A DNA stretch of 64,000 nt. It comes from Patescibacteria group bacterium (GTDB lineage Bacteria; Patescibacteriota; Patescibacteriia; XYB2-FULL-38-15). Shown here in pieces: positions 1 through 8,356 of the stretch (the stretch's first letter is position 1; every line of letters begins with the position of its first letter). The DNA is taken from the NCBI GenBank assembly GCA_041650995.1, contig JBAZJZ010000001.1:491302-555301 (forward strand), in the 5' to 3' direction. Position numbers and translations under genes: made by a program. The notes beneath the pieces are model-generated. The model searched no databases, had not been told where the DNA came from, and saw nothing but the letters and a program-made list of their open reading frames with translations.

Positions 1-529
1 CCGGCTGACCGTAAAATTGAACCGAAAGAGAAAGCAAGCTCATCTCGCCGGGCGCGGCGCAAATCCGCTCGGCCACTTCCTTTTGCACCATCACCGTAAT
101 TTCCTCCGGCCGCGGCTCTTCGCTTAAAAATTTTCTAAATACTGCTGACGTAATTTGATATGGGAGGTTGGCGACAATTTTATATTCATAATTTTTAACT
201 CCCAATTCGTCATTGGCAATTTTTAAAATATCCTTTTCCACAACTTCTAAATTTTTTGGGATGTCTAAAATTTCTCCCAATATTTTCGCCATTTTTCTGT
301 CTGTCTCTACGGCCACAACTCTTTTCGCTCGCCCGATCAACTCTGCGGTCAACACGCCAAACCCGGGACCGATTTCCAAAACAGTATCATTATTTTTTAA
401 ATCGGCCGCCTGAACTATACTTTCCAAAACTTCGCGATCTATTAAAAAATTTTGCCCGTATTCCCGTGACGGACGGACGCCGTATTTTTTACAAAGCGAT
501 TTTATTACGGTAAGTGAATATAATTCCAT
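1..529 (-). CDS. rsmA: 16S rRNA (adenine-N6)-dimethyltransferase RsmA/KsgA, truncated by the window edge
   Basis: Not in the ORF track. Manual translation from ATG at 529 gives MELYSLTVIKSLCKKYGVRPSREYGQNFLID...LEIGPGFGVLT...VANLPYQIT, with the KsgA motifs GQNFL, EIGPG and NLPY. Confidence 0.93.
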   Translation of the reverse strand, partial: MELYSLTVIKSLCKKYGVRPSREYGQNFLIDREVLESIVQAADLKNNDTVLEIGPGFGVLTAELIGRAKRVVAVETDRKMAKILGEILDIPKNLEVVEKDILKIANDELGVKNYEYKIVANLPYQITSAVFRKFLSEEPRPEEITVMVQKEVAERICAAPGEMSLLSLSVQFYGQP

Positions 530-549
530 AAAAACACATTATCGATGCG

Positions 550-608
550 GTAGCCGCGGGCTTTAGCCCGCGCTCTATTTGACGACGCAGCCTAAAGGCT
601 GCGACTAC
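550..608. repeat. REP doublet (REPIN): two inverted GTAG-led palindromes
   Basis: GTAGcCGCGGGCtttaGCCCGCG (550-572) and the inverted CGCAGCCtaaaGGCTGCGaCTAC (586-608), next to a RAYT gene. Confidence 0.85.
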
Positions 609-665
609 CAAAATAAATAATCAATTATCACGGCTGGGGCTACCAAAATTAAATCATTCGCGCCG

Positions 666-688
666 GTAGCCGCGGGCTTTAGCCCGCG
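666..688 (+). repeat. REP copy overlapping the RAYT stop codon
   Basis: GTAGCCGCGGGCTTTAGCCCGCG, identical to 550-572; the RAYT TAA (679-681) lies inside it. Confidence 0.85.
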
Positions 689-1164
689 AAAATCCAATCA
701 TCAAAATTATACAGTGTAGAGCCCCTAAAAGGATACCCAAGCCAGTCACGCGCCAAACCTTTTCTTTGGACATTTTCCAGAATATATTTAACTTGTTTAA
801 TGATGTCTTCATCTCTTCTTAAAATATGATCGTAAAAATCTTTTTGCCACTTAACGCCAAATTTTGAACACGAAAACCAATAGCCTGATCTTTGCTTAAA
901 TTCCACAATACACTTATACAGATTGGAGGACTCTTGTTTCCCTTCTATCACGAAGTGACAGTGATCGGGCATGAAATAATAAATATGGGCCTCACAACAA
1001 ATTTTTTTTAGTGTGCTTAATAAAATATTCTCTAATTGATTAAAAACATCCGGAGAAACAAAAAACGGTTGTCTATCCTCCAAACAAATTGTGAAAGCGC
1101 AGATTATTTGGCCGATGTAAAGATCCCTTGGTAGCCGATGCTTTCGTTCGTTAATTTTAAACAT
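679..1164 (-). CDS. REP-associated tyrosine transposase (RAYT/TnpA-REP, Y1 HUH family)
   Basis: HUH motif MPDHCH, WQKDFYDHILR, catalytic Tyr in YILEN; flanked by GTAG REPs. Confidence 0.9.
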   Translation of the reverse strand: MFKINERKHRLPRDLYIGQIICAFTICLEDRQPFFVSPDVFNQLENILLSTLKKICCEAHIYYFMPDHCHFVIEGKQESSNLYKCIVEFKQRSGYWFSCSKFGVKWQKDFYDHILRRDEDIIKQVKYILENVQRKGLARDWLGYPFRGSTLYNFDDWIFAG

Positions 1165-1181
1165 TGATTGCTCTTTTAACT

Positions 1182-1204
1182 CAGGCTATAAAGCCTGCGG
1201 CTAC
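1182..1204 (-). repeat. REP copy upstream of RAYT
   Basis: Minus strand reads GTAGCCGCAGGCTttatAGCCTG. Confidence 0.75.
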
Positions 1205-1215
1205 CTATATCAAAC

Positions 1216-2370
1216 CTACATCAACGCGTACAACGCTGTCATCGCCGCGCCCAAAATAAAAAGCGCGACCCAACTATCCGGAAAAAAGAAAAGAACAACA
1301 AGGGCAAGAACACTTACAATAAGTTTTCCTAAAACTAAAGCCATCTGAAGAAAAACAACTGAGTTCATCACACTGGTTTTTTTCGCTTCATCATAGATAA
1401 TCGCCGCGAGCGGAACGCCGACTGTTCGTCTTGAAACCCGATACAGCGAATCAGACATAAAAACGCCGACACCGGAAACCACCAAAACCCTCATAAGCCA
1501 AGTAAAAGCGGTAAAAATAACCCCTATTTTCAAAACCTCGTGCCTTGATTCTTCGTCAGTAATCCTTCCGATGTATAAAGTTAAAATTGTCGCCACAAAA
1601 ACTGAGGCGGAAACTAAAAATCCGATGGAGGCGTAAGCCGGAATCATTAAAAAAATAAAAATTGGCCAAAGGTAGCCAGCCAGATGTTCTTCGCCAAAAC
1701 CAAAATAAGAAAAAAGTCTCCGGCGATTTTCCGGCGCGACGAGCCGCTTCATGGAATCCTTATAAGAAAAAGGCACGGGCACAAATTTTTCCGGAGTGGT
1801 AAGAAGCGGAATGTTTGAAACTAAAATTAAAAAAGCGACGATAATAAATAAAACTTTAAATCCCATGGTCGCGATAACAACGCCGCCAAACGCCGGACCC
1901 AAAATCATAACTATGGAATCGAGCACCACTAAATTGGAAATTTCCCTGCCGCGCGATCCGTCTTTTCCGAAACGGGCAAAATCGGCGTGATAACCAGGCC
2001 AATAAAGAGTTTTTTGGATTGCCAGAGAAATAATCGCGCTTACAATAAAAAACGGGTGATAGGGAATGGCAAATAAAGACAAATAAAAAAGAATTAAAAA
2101 GGGCGTGGAAAAAAGAATCGCGTGTTCGTAGCCGCGGGCCCGGGCAAATTTTCCACCAAGCGGCACTAATAAAAAATACAACGCGTAAACGGCGATGTAA
2201 AAAACTAATATTTTAGATAAAGAAAATCCCAATGTGTAAAGATAAATGGGTTCAAAAACACCAACAGCAGAAATGGCAAAATCCAAAATTGCTGTTGACC
2301 AAAAAAGTTCTTTCAACTCCCGCGCCATGCCGTCGGCGAAATAACGATGAAAAATTTTTTGTAAAAACAT
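1216..2370 (-). CDS. MFS transporter
   Basis: About 12 hydrophobic helices and MFS-like loop motifs (GGKFARARG, IGRITDEESR). ATG at 2370 preferred over the TTG at 2397. Confidence 0.8.
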   Translation of the reverse strand: MFLQKIFHRYFADGMARELKELFWSTAILDFAISAVGVFEPIYLYTLGFSLSKILVFYIAVYALYFLLVPLGGKFARARGYEHAILFSTPFLILFYLSLFAIPYHPFFIVSAIISLAIQKTLYWPGYHADFARFGKDGSRGREISNLVVLDSIVMILGPAFGGVVIATMGFKVLFIIVAFLILVSNIPLLTTPEKFVPVPFSYKDSMKRLVAPENRRRLFSYFGFGEEHLAGYLWPIFIFLMIPAYASIGFLVSASVFVATILTLYIGRITDEESRHEVLKIGVIFTAFTWLMRVLVVSGVGVFMSDSLYRVSRRTVGVPLAAIIYDEAKKTSVMNSVVFLQMALVLGKLIVSVLALVVLFFFPDSWVALFILGAAMTALYALM

Positions 2371-2417
2371 CTGATTACGGCTCAATTTACGGCTCAATTA
2401 TCAAATCCGATCTATTT

Positions 2418-3380
2418 TCAGCAACTTGCTTTTTTGTTTCCCTGAAACCACCTTACCGTCATCTCTAATCCTTCATCTAAATTTACGTTTGGCTTCCAGC
2501 CAAGTTCGCGACGAATTTTTGAAGAATCTAAAACGCTACGCATTTGTTCTCCGGCAACTTTGCCGGCGGCCTTGCCCTGCCCGACCGGCGCGCCAAAAAT
2601 TTCGGAAGCGCGGGAACCGGTTAATTTCTTTAAAGTTTTAAAAAGCTTTAGAACGCTTGTTTCGCGAGCCGTTCCAACATTAAAAGGTCCTACCTTTTTT
2701 GATCTCAACGCCAAAAGATTTGCCCGAACAACGTCACCGACGTAAATGTAATCTCTGGTTTGTTTGCCATTGCCAAAAATAACCGGCTGCTTTCCTTGGA
2801 GCATTTTATTGGTAAAAATGGCAACTACTCCGGCTTCGCCATGCGGCGATTGGCGCGGTCCATAAACATTGGCTAAACGCAGAGCAATATATTTCATGCC
2901 ATAAGTCTTCCAAAAATAATGCAAATACATTTCCGTGGAAAATTTTGCCGCGCCGTAAGGAGAGGCGGGCAAAGAAATTTTATCTTCCGGAGTCGGCAAA
3001 ACTGTCTCCTCGGAAGAAAGATTACCGCCGCTTGAAGCAAAAATTATTTTCTTCACGCCCGCATTAGCGGCATTCTGTAAAATATTTATTGACCCAAGCA
3101 CGTTTACTTCCGCGTCAAACATTGGATCGCGCGCCGAAGCCCGCGCATCTATTTGAGCGGCATAATGAAATACCGCCTGGGGCTTTTCCTTTTTAAAAAT
3201 GCTGCCAATTTTTTTATCACGAATATCAACTTTATAAAACTTTGCTTTTGGATTAAGATTTTCCTTTCTGCCTGTAGACAAATTATCAAGCACAACGACC
3301 TGGTGACCGCGTCCGACAAGCGCATCCACAATGTGAGAGCCGATGAATCCTGCGCCGCCAGTGACAATAATCTTTGCCAT
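2418..3380 (-). CDS. NAD-dependent epimerase/dehydratase (UDP-glucose 4-epimerase-like, extended SDR)
   Basis: TGGAGFIGS Rossmann motif, YGAAK catalytic motif, NVYGP. Confidence 0.9.
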   Translation of the reverse strand: MAKIIVTGGAGFIGSHIVDALVGRGHQVVVLDNLSTGRKENLNPKAKFYKVDIRDKKIGSIFKKEKPQAVFHYAAQIDARASARDPMFDAEVNVLGSINILQNAANAGVKKIIFASSGGNLSSEETVLPTPEDKISLPASPYGAAKFSTEMYLHYFWKTYGMKYIALRLANVYGPRQSPHGEAGVVAIFTNKMLQGKQPVIFGNGKQTRDYIYVGDVVRANLLALRSKKVGPFNVGTARETSVLKLFKTLKKLTGSRASEIFGAPVGQGKAAGKVAGEQMRSVLDSSKIRRELGWKPNVNLDEGLEMTVRWFQGNKKASC

Positions 3381-3416
3381 AAATATAAATTTTCAATTTT
3401 TAAACTATATATAATT

Positions 3417-4526
3417 TTATTTATTATTCTGTTCCTTTTTCCATTTTAAATATGCCTCCATAAACTGTTCCAAATCTCCATTAAGCACCGCGTCTGTATC
3501 CGCTGTTTCAAGTTTTGTTCTGTGATCTTTAACCATTCGGTACGGCTGCAAAACATATGACCGAATTTGATTTCCCCACGCCGCCAAAACTCCGGCTCGT
3601 AATTTATCAATTTCCTTTGTTCGGGTCTCCTCCTGCAGATGTAAAATTTTTGCTTTCAAAATTTTTAGGGCGGTTTCTTTATTTTGAGCCTGTGAACGTT
3701 CGCGCTGGCAGCTTACGGTGAGACCCGTGGGAAGATGAACAACTCTAACGGCCGAATAAGTTGTCTGCACGCTTTGTCCGCCGTGTCCGCTTGATAGATA
3801 TGTGTCGATCCGCAAATCTTTCGAATCCAATTTTATTTCTGAGACATCGTCAATTTCCGGCAAAACTTCAACTAAAGCAAACGAAGTATGCCGCATTTTT
3901 TCCGCATCAAAGGGAGAAATACGGACTAAGCGATGAACACCGGATTCACTCCGAAGCCATCCATAAGCCATCCGACCGGTGACTCTTACTGTTATGCTCT
4001 TAATGCCCGCTTCAGAACCACGCGTTTCATCAATAATTTCTGTTTTCCATCCCTTCTTCTCGCAAAACCTAAAATACATTCTGAGAAGCATCTCTGCCCA
4101 ATCCTGGGCTTCAGTGCCGCCCGTTCCGGCATGAATACTCAAAATGGCGTTCGCTCGATCGTGCGGGCCGGAAAATAAAACAAAAAATTCCAACTTCCTA
4201 AATTGAACGAGAAGCTCATTATATTTTTTTTCAATCTCTTCGCGCAAAGAAACTTCTTTGTCCTTTTGATCGAGCTTGGCCAAATCCAAAATATCCCCCA
4301 CTTCTTTTTTTAATTTTTCCCAAACTTCAACCTCTTCTTTCAAATCATTCAATCTCTGGTTCGTTTCCTTCGCCGCTTCCTGATCTTTCCAAAACTCCGG
4401 CGCCAAAGTTAATTTTTCCAATTTGACGATTTCTTTTTTACTATTTCCTAACTTTAAAAGTTCAAAGGCCTTTTCTATCCTCTGCTCCAACTCTTCTATG
4501 CTTTTAACTAATTCGTCCATTTTCAT
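3417..4526 (-). CDS. prfB: Peptide chain release factor 2
   Basis: SPF recognition motif (RISPFD), GGQ, WGNQIRSYVL; single uninterrupted ORF. Confidence 0.96.
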   Translation of the reverse strand: MKMDELVKSIEELEQRIEKAFELLKLGNSKKEIVKLEKLTLAPEFWKDQEAAKETNQRLNDLKEEVEVWEKLKKEVGDILDLAKLDQKDKEVSLREEIEKKYNELLVQFRKLEFFVLFSGPHDRANAILSIHAGTGGTEAQDWAEMLLRMYFRFCEKKGWKTEIIDETRGSEAGIKSITVRVTGRMAYGWLRSESGVHRLVRISPFDAEKMRHTSFALVEVLPEIDDVSEIKLDSKDLRIDTYLSSGHGGQSVQTTYSAVRVVHLPTGLTVSCQRERSQAQNKETALKILKAKILHLQEETRTKEIDKLRAGVLAAWGNQIRSYVLQPYRMVKDHRTKLETADTDAVLNGDLEQFMEAYLKWKKEQNNK

Positions 4527-4553
4527 AATTTACAACTAACCTCCCGATTAAAG

Positions 4554-5801
4554 TTATTCTTTATACTCGGCAAGTGTTACTCTCACATCTTTTTCTTCGC
4601 CTTTGTGCAAAACTTTCAAAGTTATTTCATCGCCCGGCTTAGATTTAGCAATTTCCTTGGCTAAAGGATGATCTTCGTCTATTTTTTGACCATTCATTTC
4701 CAAAATTATATCATTCTCAACCAAACCCGCTTTGTCGGCCGGTGAGCCGGGCACTATGGCTAAATCCGTCTGCTTTTGGCCGCGGACAATTAATGCCCCA
4801 TAATCTTTTTCCAATTGATTTTCCTTGGCTATTTCTTGATTAATCAAAACATAACGAACGCCGAGCCATGGCCGAATAATTTTTCCATTCATTTTTACGC
4901 TCTCTATATCCTGCTTGGCCGCATTAATCGGAATAGCAAAACCGATCAACTGTCCTTCCTGGTTCATCGCTGTGTTAATGCCAATAACCTGCCCAGCGAG
5001 ATTCACGAGCGGTCCGCCGGAATTTCCCGGATTTATAGCCGCGTCAGTTTGAAGCGCTTCTTCAATAACCTCTGAACCACCAAGTCGATCACTCGCCACG
5101 ATCCGTCGCCCTATGCCAGAAATTATGCCTTTAGTCACGGCATTTTTATATTCCCCGAGAGAATTACCGATGGCAATAACCGTCTGACCAATTTCAATTT
5201 TATCGGAATCTCCCAATTCCACGGTTGGCAAATCTTTGGCGTCAATTTTTAAGACGGCAATATCCAAAACCGGATCAGTGGCTAAAATTTTCGCGTCATA
5301 TCTTTGATCGTCATTTGTAATAACCGTATATTCCGCCGCTGTGTCTGAGACCACATGTTTATTAGTTAAAATCAACCCATCCGAAGAAATTATAAAGCCC
5401 GTTCCCCCGCCAATTTCCGTTTTGCCCGTGCCGCCACTATTACCGCCCGTGTTTGGCTGCTCAAAACCAAAAGGAAAATTAAAACCAAACAAATCGTAAG
5501 GAAAAGTATTTGAATTATTAATTTTACTTAAATCTTTAGAAATAATTATTGAAACAACGGCCGGAGCAACTTTTTTTACGGCGCTAATTGTTGCCGACTC
5601 CTCAATAACCGCCTGAGTAAACACTCTCTCACTTTCATCGTTTCCGATTACAACGTCTTCACCTAAAAAATTCTTTTGAAACCATGGAACAATATGGCTC
5701 TTACCATAAAGCCCGCCGAGCACACCACCCACTCCGCCAAAAATTAAGCCAACGAGCGCCGCAACAGCAATAATTTTTTGAAAAGATTTATCTTGAAACA
5801 T
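4554..5801 (-). CDS. htrA: HtrA/DegP-family serine protease with PDZ domain
   Basis: N-terminal TM helix, TNKHVV, DIA, INPGNSGGPL catalytic triad motifs, C-terminal PDZ. Confidence 0.92.
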   Translation of the reverse strand: MFQDKSFQKIIAVAALVGLIFGGVGGVLGGLYGKSHIVPWFQKNFLGEDVVIGNDESERVFTQAVIEESATISAVKKVAPAVVSIIISKDLSKINNSNTFPYDLFGFNFPFGFEQPNTGGNSGGTGKTEIGGGTGFIISSDGLILTNKHVVSDTAAEYTVITNDDQRYDAKILATDPVLDIAVLKIDAKDLPTVELGDSDKIEIGQTVIAIGNSLGEYKNAVTKGIISGIGRRIVASDRLGGSEVIEEALQTDAAINPGNSGGPLVNLAGQVIGINTAMNQEGQLIGFAIPINAAKQDIESVKMNGKIIRPWLGVRYVLINQEIAKENQLEKDYGALIVRGQKQTDLAIVPGSPADKAGLVENDIILEMNGQKIDEDHPLAKEIAKSKPGDEITLKVLHKGEEKDVRVTLAEYKE

Positions 5802-5810
5802 AGGTTTGAA

Positions 5811-5928
5811 AATTCCTAATTGACCTAATTAACCTAACGTCTAAATAAATCACAGTATCCAATAACCAAAACTTTAGACATTAGACATTTTAGCATTTGG
5901 TCATTTATTAAAAATTAGAAATTGGGTT
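5811..5928. repeat. Intergenic heptamer-based imperfect inverted repeat (family copy 1)
   Basis: TTAGACA/TTAGAAA-type units; the reverse complement of 5873-5926 matches 36406-36458 at 47 of 54 positions. Confidence 0.7.
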
Positions 5929-5930
5929 AA

Positions 5931-6245
5931 TTATTTATTCATCCTTTTATTAAATCTATAAATTACTTGCGCAAAATTATTTATTTTATTTTTTCTGACC
6001 TCTATCCCCTCTTCTCCAAGCAGTTCTGCCTTTTTTCTGATTCCACCGGCATATCCACCCAAACTTCCATCTGCTTTTACCACCCGATGACAAGGAATTT
6101 TTATGGGATGAGGATTTTTATGAAGAGCATTTCCAACCGCCCGGGGGCTGGTCTTTAAAATTCGCGCGATTTCTCCATATGTCGAAACTTTTCCCTTCGG
6201 AATTTTTTTCACCAACAATAAAACTTTTTCCTGAAACGGAGTCAT
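5931..6245 (-). CDS. ogt: Methylated-DNA-protein-cysteine methyltransferase (single-domain MGMT/Ogt)
   Basis: IPKGKVSTYG, RAVGNA and PCHRV active site; start at MTPFQ (6245). Confidence 0.88.
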   Translation of the reverse strand: MTPFQEKVLLLVKKIPKGKVSTYGEIARILKTSPRAVGNALHKNPHPIKIPCHRVVKADGSLGGYAGGIRKKAELLGEEGIEVRKNKINNFAQVIYRFNKRMNK

Positions 6246-6282
6246 ATTAATTATAGCAAAAAAATGGGTAAAAGTTAATAAA

Positions 6283-6310
6283 AGAGAGAGCACCCTTTAC
6301 TGCTCTCTCT
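6283..6310 (-). terminator. Intrinsic terminator of the rSAM-peptide cassette
   Basis: 10-bp stem AGAGAGAGCA/TGCTCTCTCT followed by a T-rich tail on the minus strand. Confidence 0.7.
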
Positions 6311-6334
6311 CAAGGCTGACCTACCCCACACCGA

Positions 6335-6502
6335 CTAGCACTTGCAGTCGCAACTGCAATCGGCGCAATCGCAACAGTCGCAATTGCTGCGGTCGCCGGA
6401 GGTCTGTGGGCCTCTCGAAGTCCGCCGCAGGTCCTTCTTCGACAACGGCTTGGCAGCCGCCCTCTTGCCCTTGAGGGCACGGACCATTTGCACAGCGCTC
6501 AT
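6335..6502 (-). CDS. 55-aa Cys/Asp-rich peptide, putative RiPP precursor (MSAVQMVRALKGKRAAAKPLSKKDLRRTSRGPQTSGDRSNCDCCDCADCSCDCKC)
   Basis: Below the ORF-track cutoff. ATG overlaps the rSAM TGA (ATGA), preceded by a perfect SD AAGGAGGT; basic leader and 8 Cys in the last 15 aa; terminator follows. Confidence 0.85.
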   Translation of the reverse strand: MSAVQMVRALKGKRAAAKPLSKKDLRRTSRGPQTSGDRSNCDCCDCADCSCDCKC

Positions 6503-7563
6503 TCCTTTACCTCCTTTCTACTGATAATTTCCTCTGGGTCGAAATGAGTCCAGAGGAAAGGACAGCCTCCTACACACTTCCCCCAGTGACGACAGCCCTT
6601 ACACTTCTCGTGAGGATATCGCCATATCTCACGCCGGAAGACTCCGTGGATGCCCTTCCTGCCGTACCAGACCTTGGCAAAGTCTGTCGCGGTTTTTACG
6701 GATTGCTCGCTCAGGTTGAAGAGCGGCCGCCCGACGAAGTGAGTGCACGGCAGAACATTGCCGTTAGGTTCGAACACCGCACCCGAGCCATAGAAGATGT
6801 GACAGTGGACACCATCGGAGATGCAGCCGATGGTCATCATCTCGTCCAGCAACGATTGATCAAACAAGCACAACGGAATCGTCGCGAAGAACTTCACCTT
6901 GATTCCTTTCGCCTTTAACGCCAAATAGGCGTCGGTGACGATTTGAGCCGTATGGGCCGGAGACAAGGCGAAAGACTCAGTTTTCTCTTGGCTACCGCCA
7001 GCCGAAGGCAAACCAACGTTAAAGAGGATGTTAACCACTCCCATTTTGTGCATCAACTCAGCTAGCGGAATCACTTCTCCGAAGTTGTGTCTGCTGACAG
7101 TCAGCAGAGTGTTGAACGACAGACCAAGCCTGAGACAATTCTCCACGCCCGCCATCGTCTCTCGAAAACTCAAGGTTCTGGTCACCGCGTTGTGGACTTT
7201 GGCGCTAGATCCCTCTACAGAGATGCTAGCGTGCTTTAGCCCGACATCGACAAGCGACCGTATGTACAGAGGATTGGCTAGTCTGCGTCCGTTGGTCACC
7301 AACTTGAACTCGATGTCAAACTGACTGCCTGCGCGTATCAGTTCAGCCAATCGGGGGTAGAGTGTTGGCTCACCGCCGATCAACAAACAGTCAGACGCTC
7401 CCATCTCTTTCATCATTCCACAGATTCTGATAGCCTGGTCAAAATCCATTGGCCGATCAACGAACTGACTGTGTTCGGCATAGCAACCGGCGCAATGATT
7501 GTTGCAGCCATAAGTCAACGCCAACCAGAACGTCTTGATCTGCGGTCGTTCTGTCCTTCCCAT
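6499..7563 (-). CDS. Radical SAM protein with C-terminal SPASM domain (putative peptide maturase)
   Basis: CxxxCxxC (CNNHCAGC), GGEP, TNG, SPASM C-x13-G-x4-C...CxxC-x5-C-x3-C; SD AAGGAG before ATG 7563 (ORF track starts at 7602). Confidence 0.92.
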   Translation of the reverse strand: MGRTERPQIKTFWLALTYGCNNHCAGCYAEHSQFVDRPMDFDQAIRICGMMKEMGASDCLLIGGEPTLYPRLAELIRAGSQFDIEFKLVTNGRRLANPLYIRSLVDVGLKHASISVEGSSAKVHNAVTRTLSFRETMAGVENCLRLGLSFNTLLTVSRHNFGEVIPLAELMHKMGVVNILFNVGLPSAGGSQEKTESFALSPAHTAQIVTDAYLALKAKGIKVKFFATIPLCLFDQSLLDEMMTIGCISDGVHCHIFYGSGAVFEPNGNVLPCTHFVGRPLFNLSEQSVKTATDFAKVWYGRKGIHGVFRREIWRYPHEKCKGCRHWGKCVGGCPFLWTHFDPEEIISRKEVKE

Positions 7564-7605
7564 TTTTCTCTCCTTGCTTCTTCGCCAAGAACTCACGTTC
7601 ATGTT

Positions 7606-7634
7606 ACATTAGCGTATATTCGCTATGTCGTCAA
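7606..7634 (-). promoter_or_regulatory. Putative sigma70 promoter for the rSAM-peptide operon
   Basis: TTGACG-17nt-TAATGT. Confidence 0.5.
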
Positions 7635-8297
7635 CACCTCAACTCCGTATTTAACTAACTGATTAAAATTCTTATTTTTTTGCCACAAAATTTCCAATTT
7701 TTTTCTAAAAGCCTGATGCAGATCATATCCCTTATCTTTTTGGCATAGATATTTTTTAAACTCATAATTTAAAATAACCGTGAGAGATTCCTTTAAATAC
7801 TCAAATTGCCGAGGAGAGAGATTTTTAACCGGCTGCTTATTTTTACAATAAGCAATAAATTGAAAGTGCAACAATTCGTGCAGGAACGTTCCTAAATAAC
7901 ATTTAGCTGACCATACCGCGCAAAGCCACACGTACCCTTTTTCATAGTTATAAGGACAACGCGGAAAAGTGGTTAAAAAACAAGTAAACTTTTTTCTGTA
8001 CAATTGTTTTCCGGTTATTTTTTCCATCAGGCTGCACGCTTCTTGGGCATTATCATCAAATAATTTTTGAGCCTCCGCCAAATTTTTCTCCAAAACTTTT
8101 TTATGTTCTTTATAATATTTTTTCAAATAAGGTATTAAAAATTTAAAAGCTTCTTTTTCGGTTTTGCCATAAATTTTTTTCCACAGACTCTCCCCTACTC
8201 TTTGTTTCCAATCAACGCCGTGGGAAATTTTATTGCAAGCATTCCACCAATTCCAGGCGTCTTTTTTAATGTCTAGCTTGATGTTTATAGTTACCAT
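7623..8297 (-). CDS. Hypothetical protein with HExxH metal-binding motif (zincin-like)
   Basis: FLHELLHFQF followed by a downstream Glu (KESLT). Confidence 0.65.
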   Translation of the reverse strand: MVTINIKLDIKKDAWNWWNACNKISHGVDWKQRVGESLWKKIYGKTEKEAFKFLIPYLKKYYKEHKKVLEKNLAEAQKLFDDNAQEACSLMEKITGKQLYRKKFTCFLTTFPRCPYNYEKGYVWLCAVWSAKCYLGTFLHELLHFQFIAYCKNKQPVKNLSPRQFEYLKESLTVILNYEFKKYLCQKDKGYDLHQAFRKKLEILWQKNKNFNQLVKYGVEVLTT

Positions 8298-8356
8298 AAG
8301 TATAAATCTTTTTTATTTAACTTCTATATCCGGCCTACTGTTTATGGTTAGACTGT

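Noticed and set aside
6342-6524. Plus-strand 60-aa ORF with SQLQSAQSQQSQ repeats
   Set aside because: Antisense shadow of the Cys codons of the minus-strand peptide; it has no SD, while the minus-strand ORF has an SD, translational coupling and a terminator.
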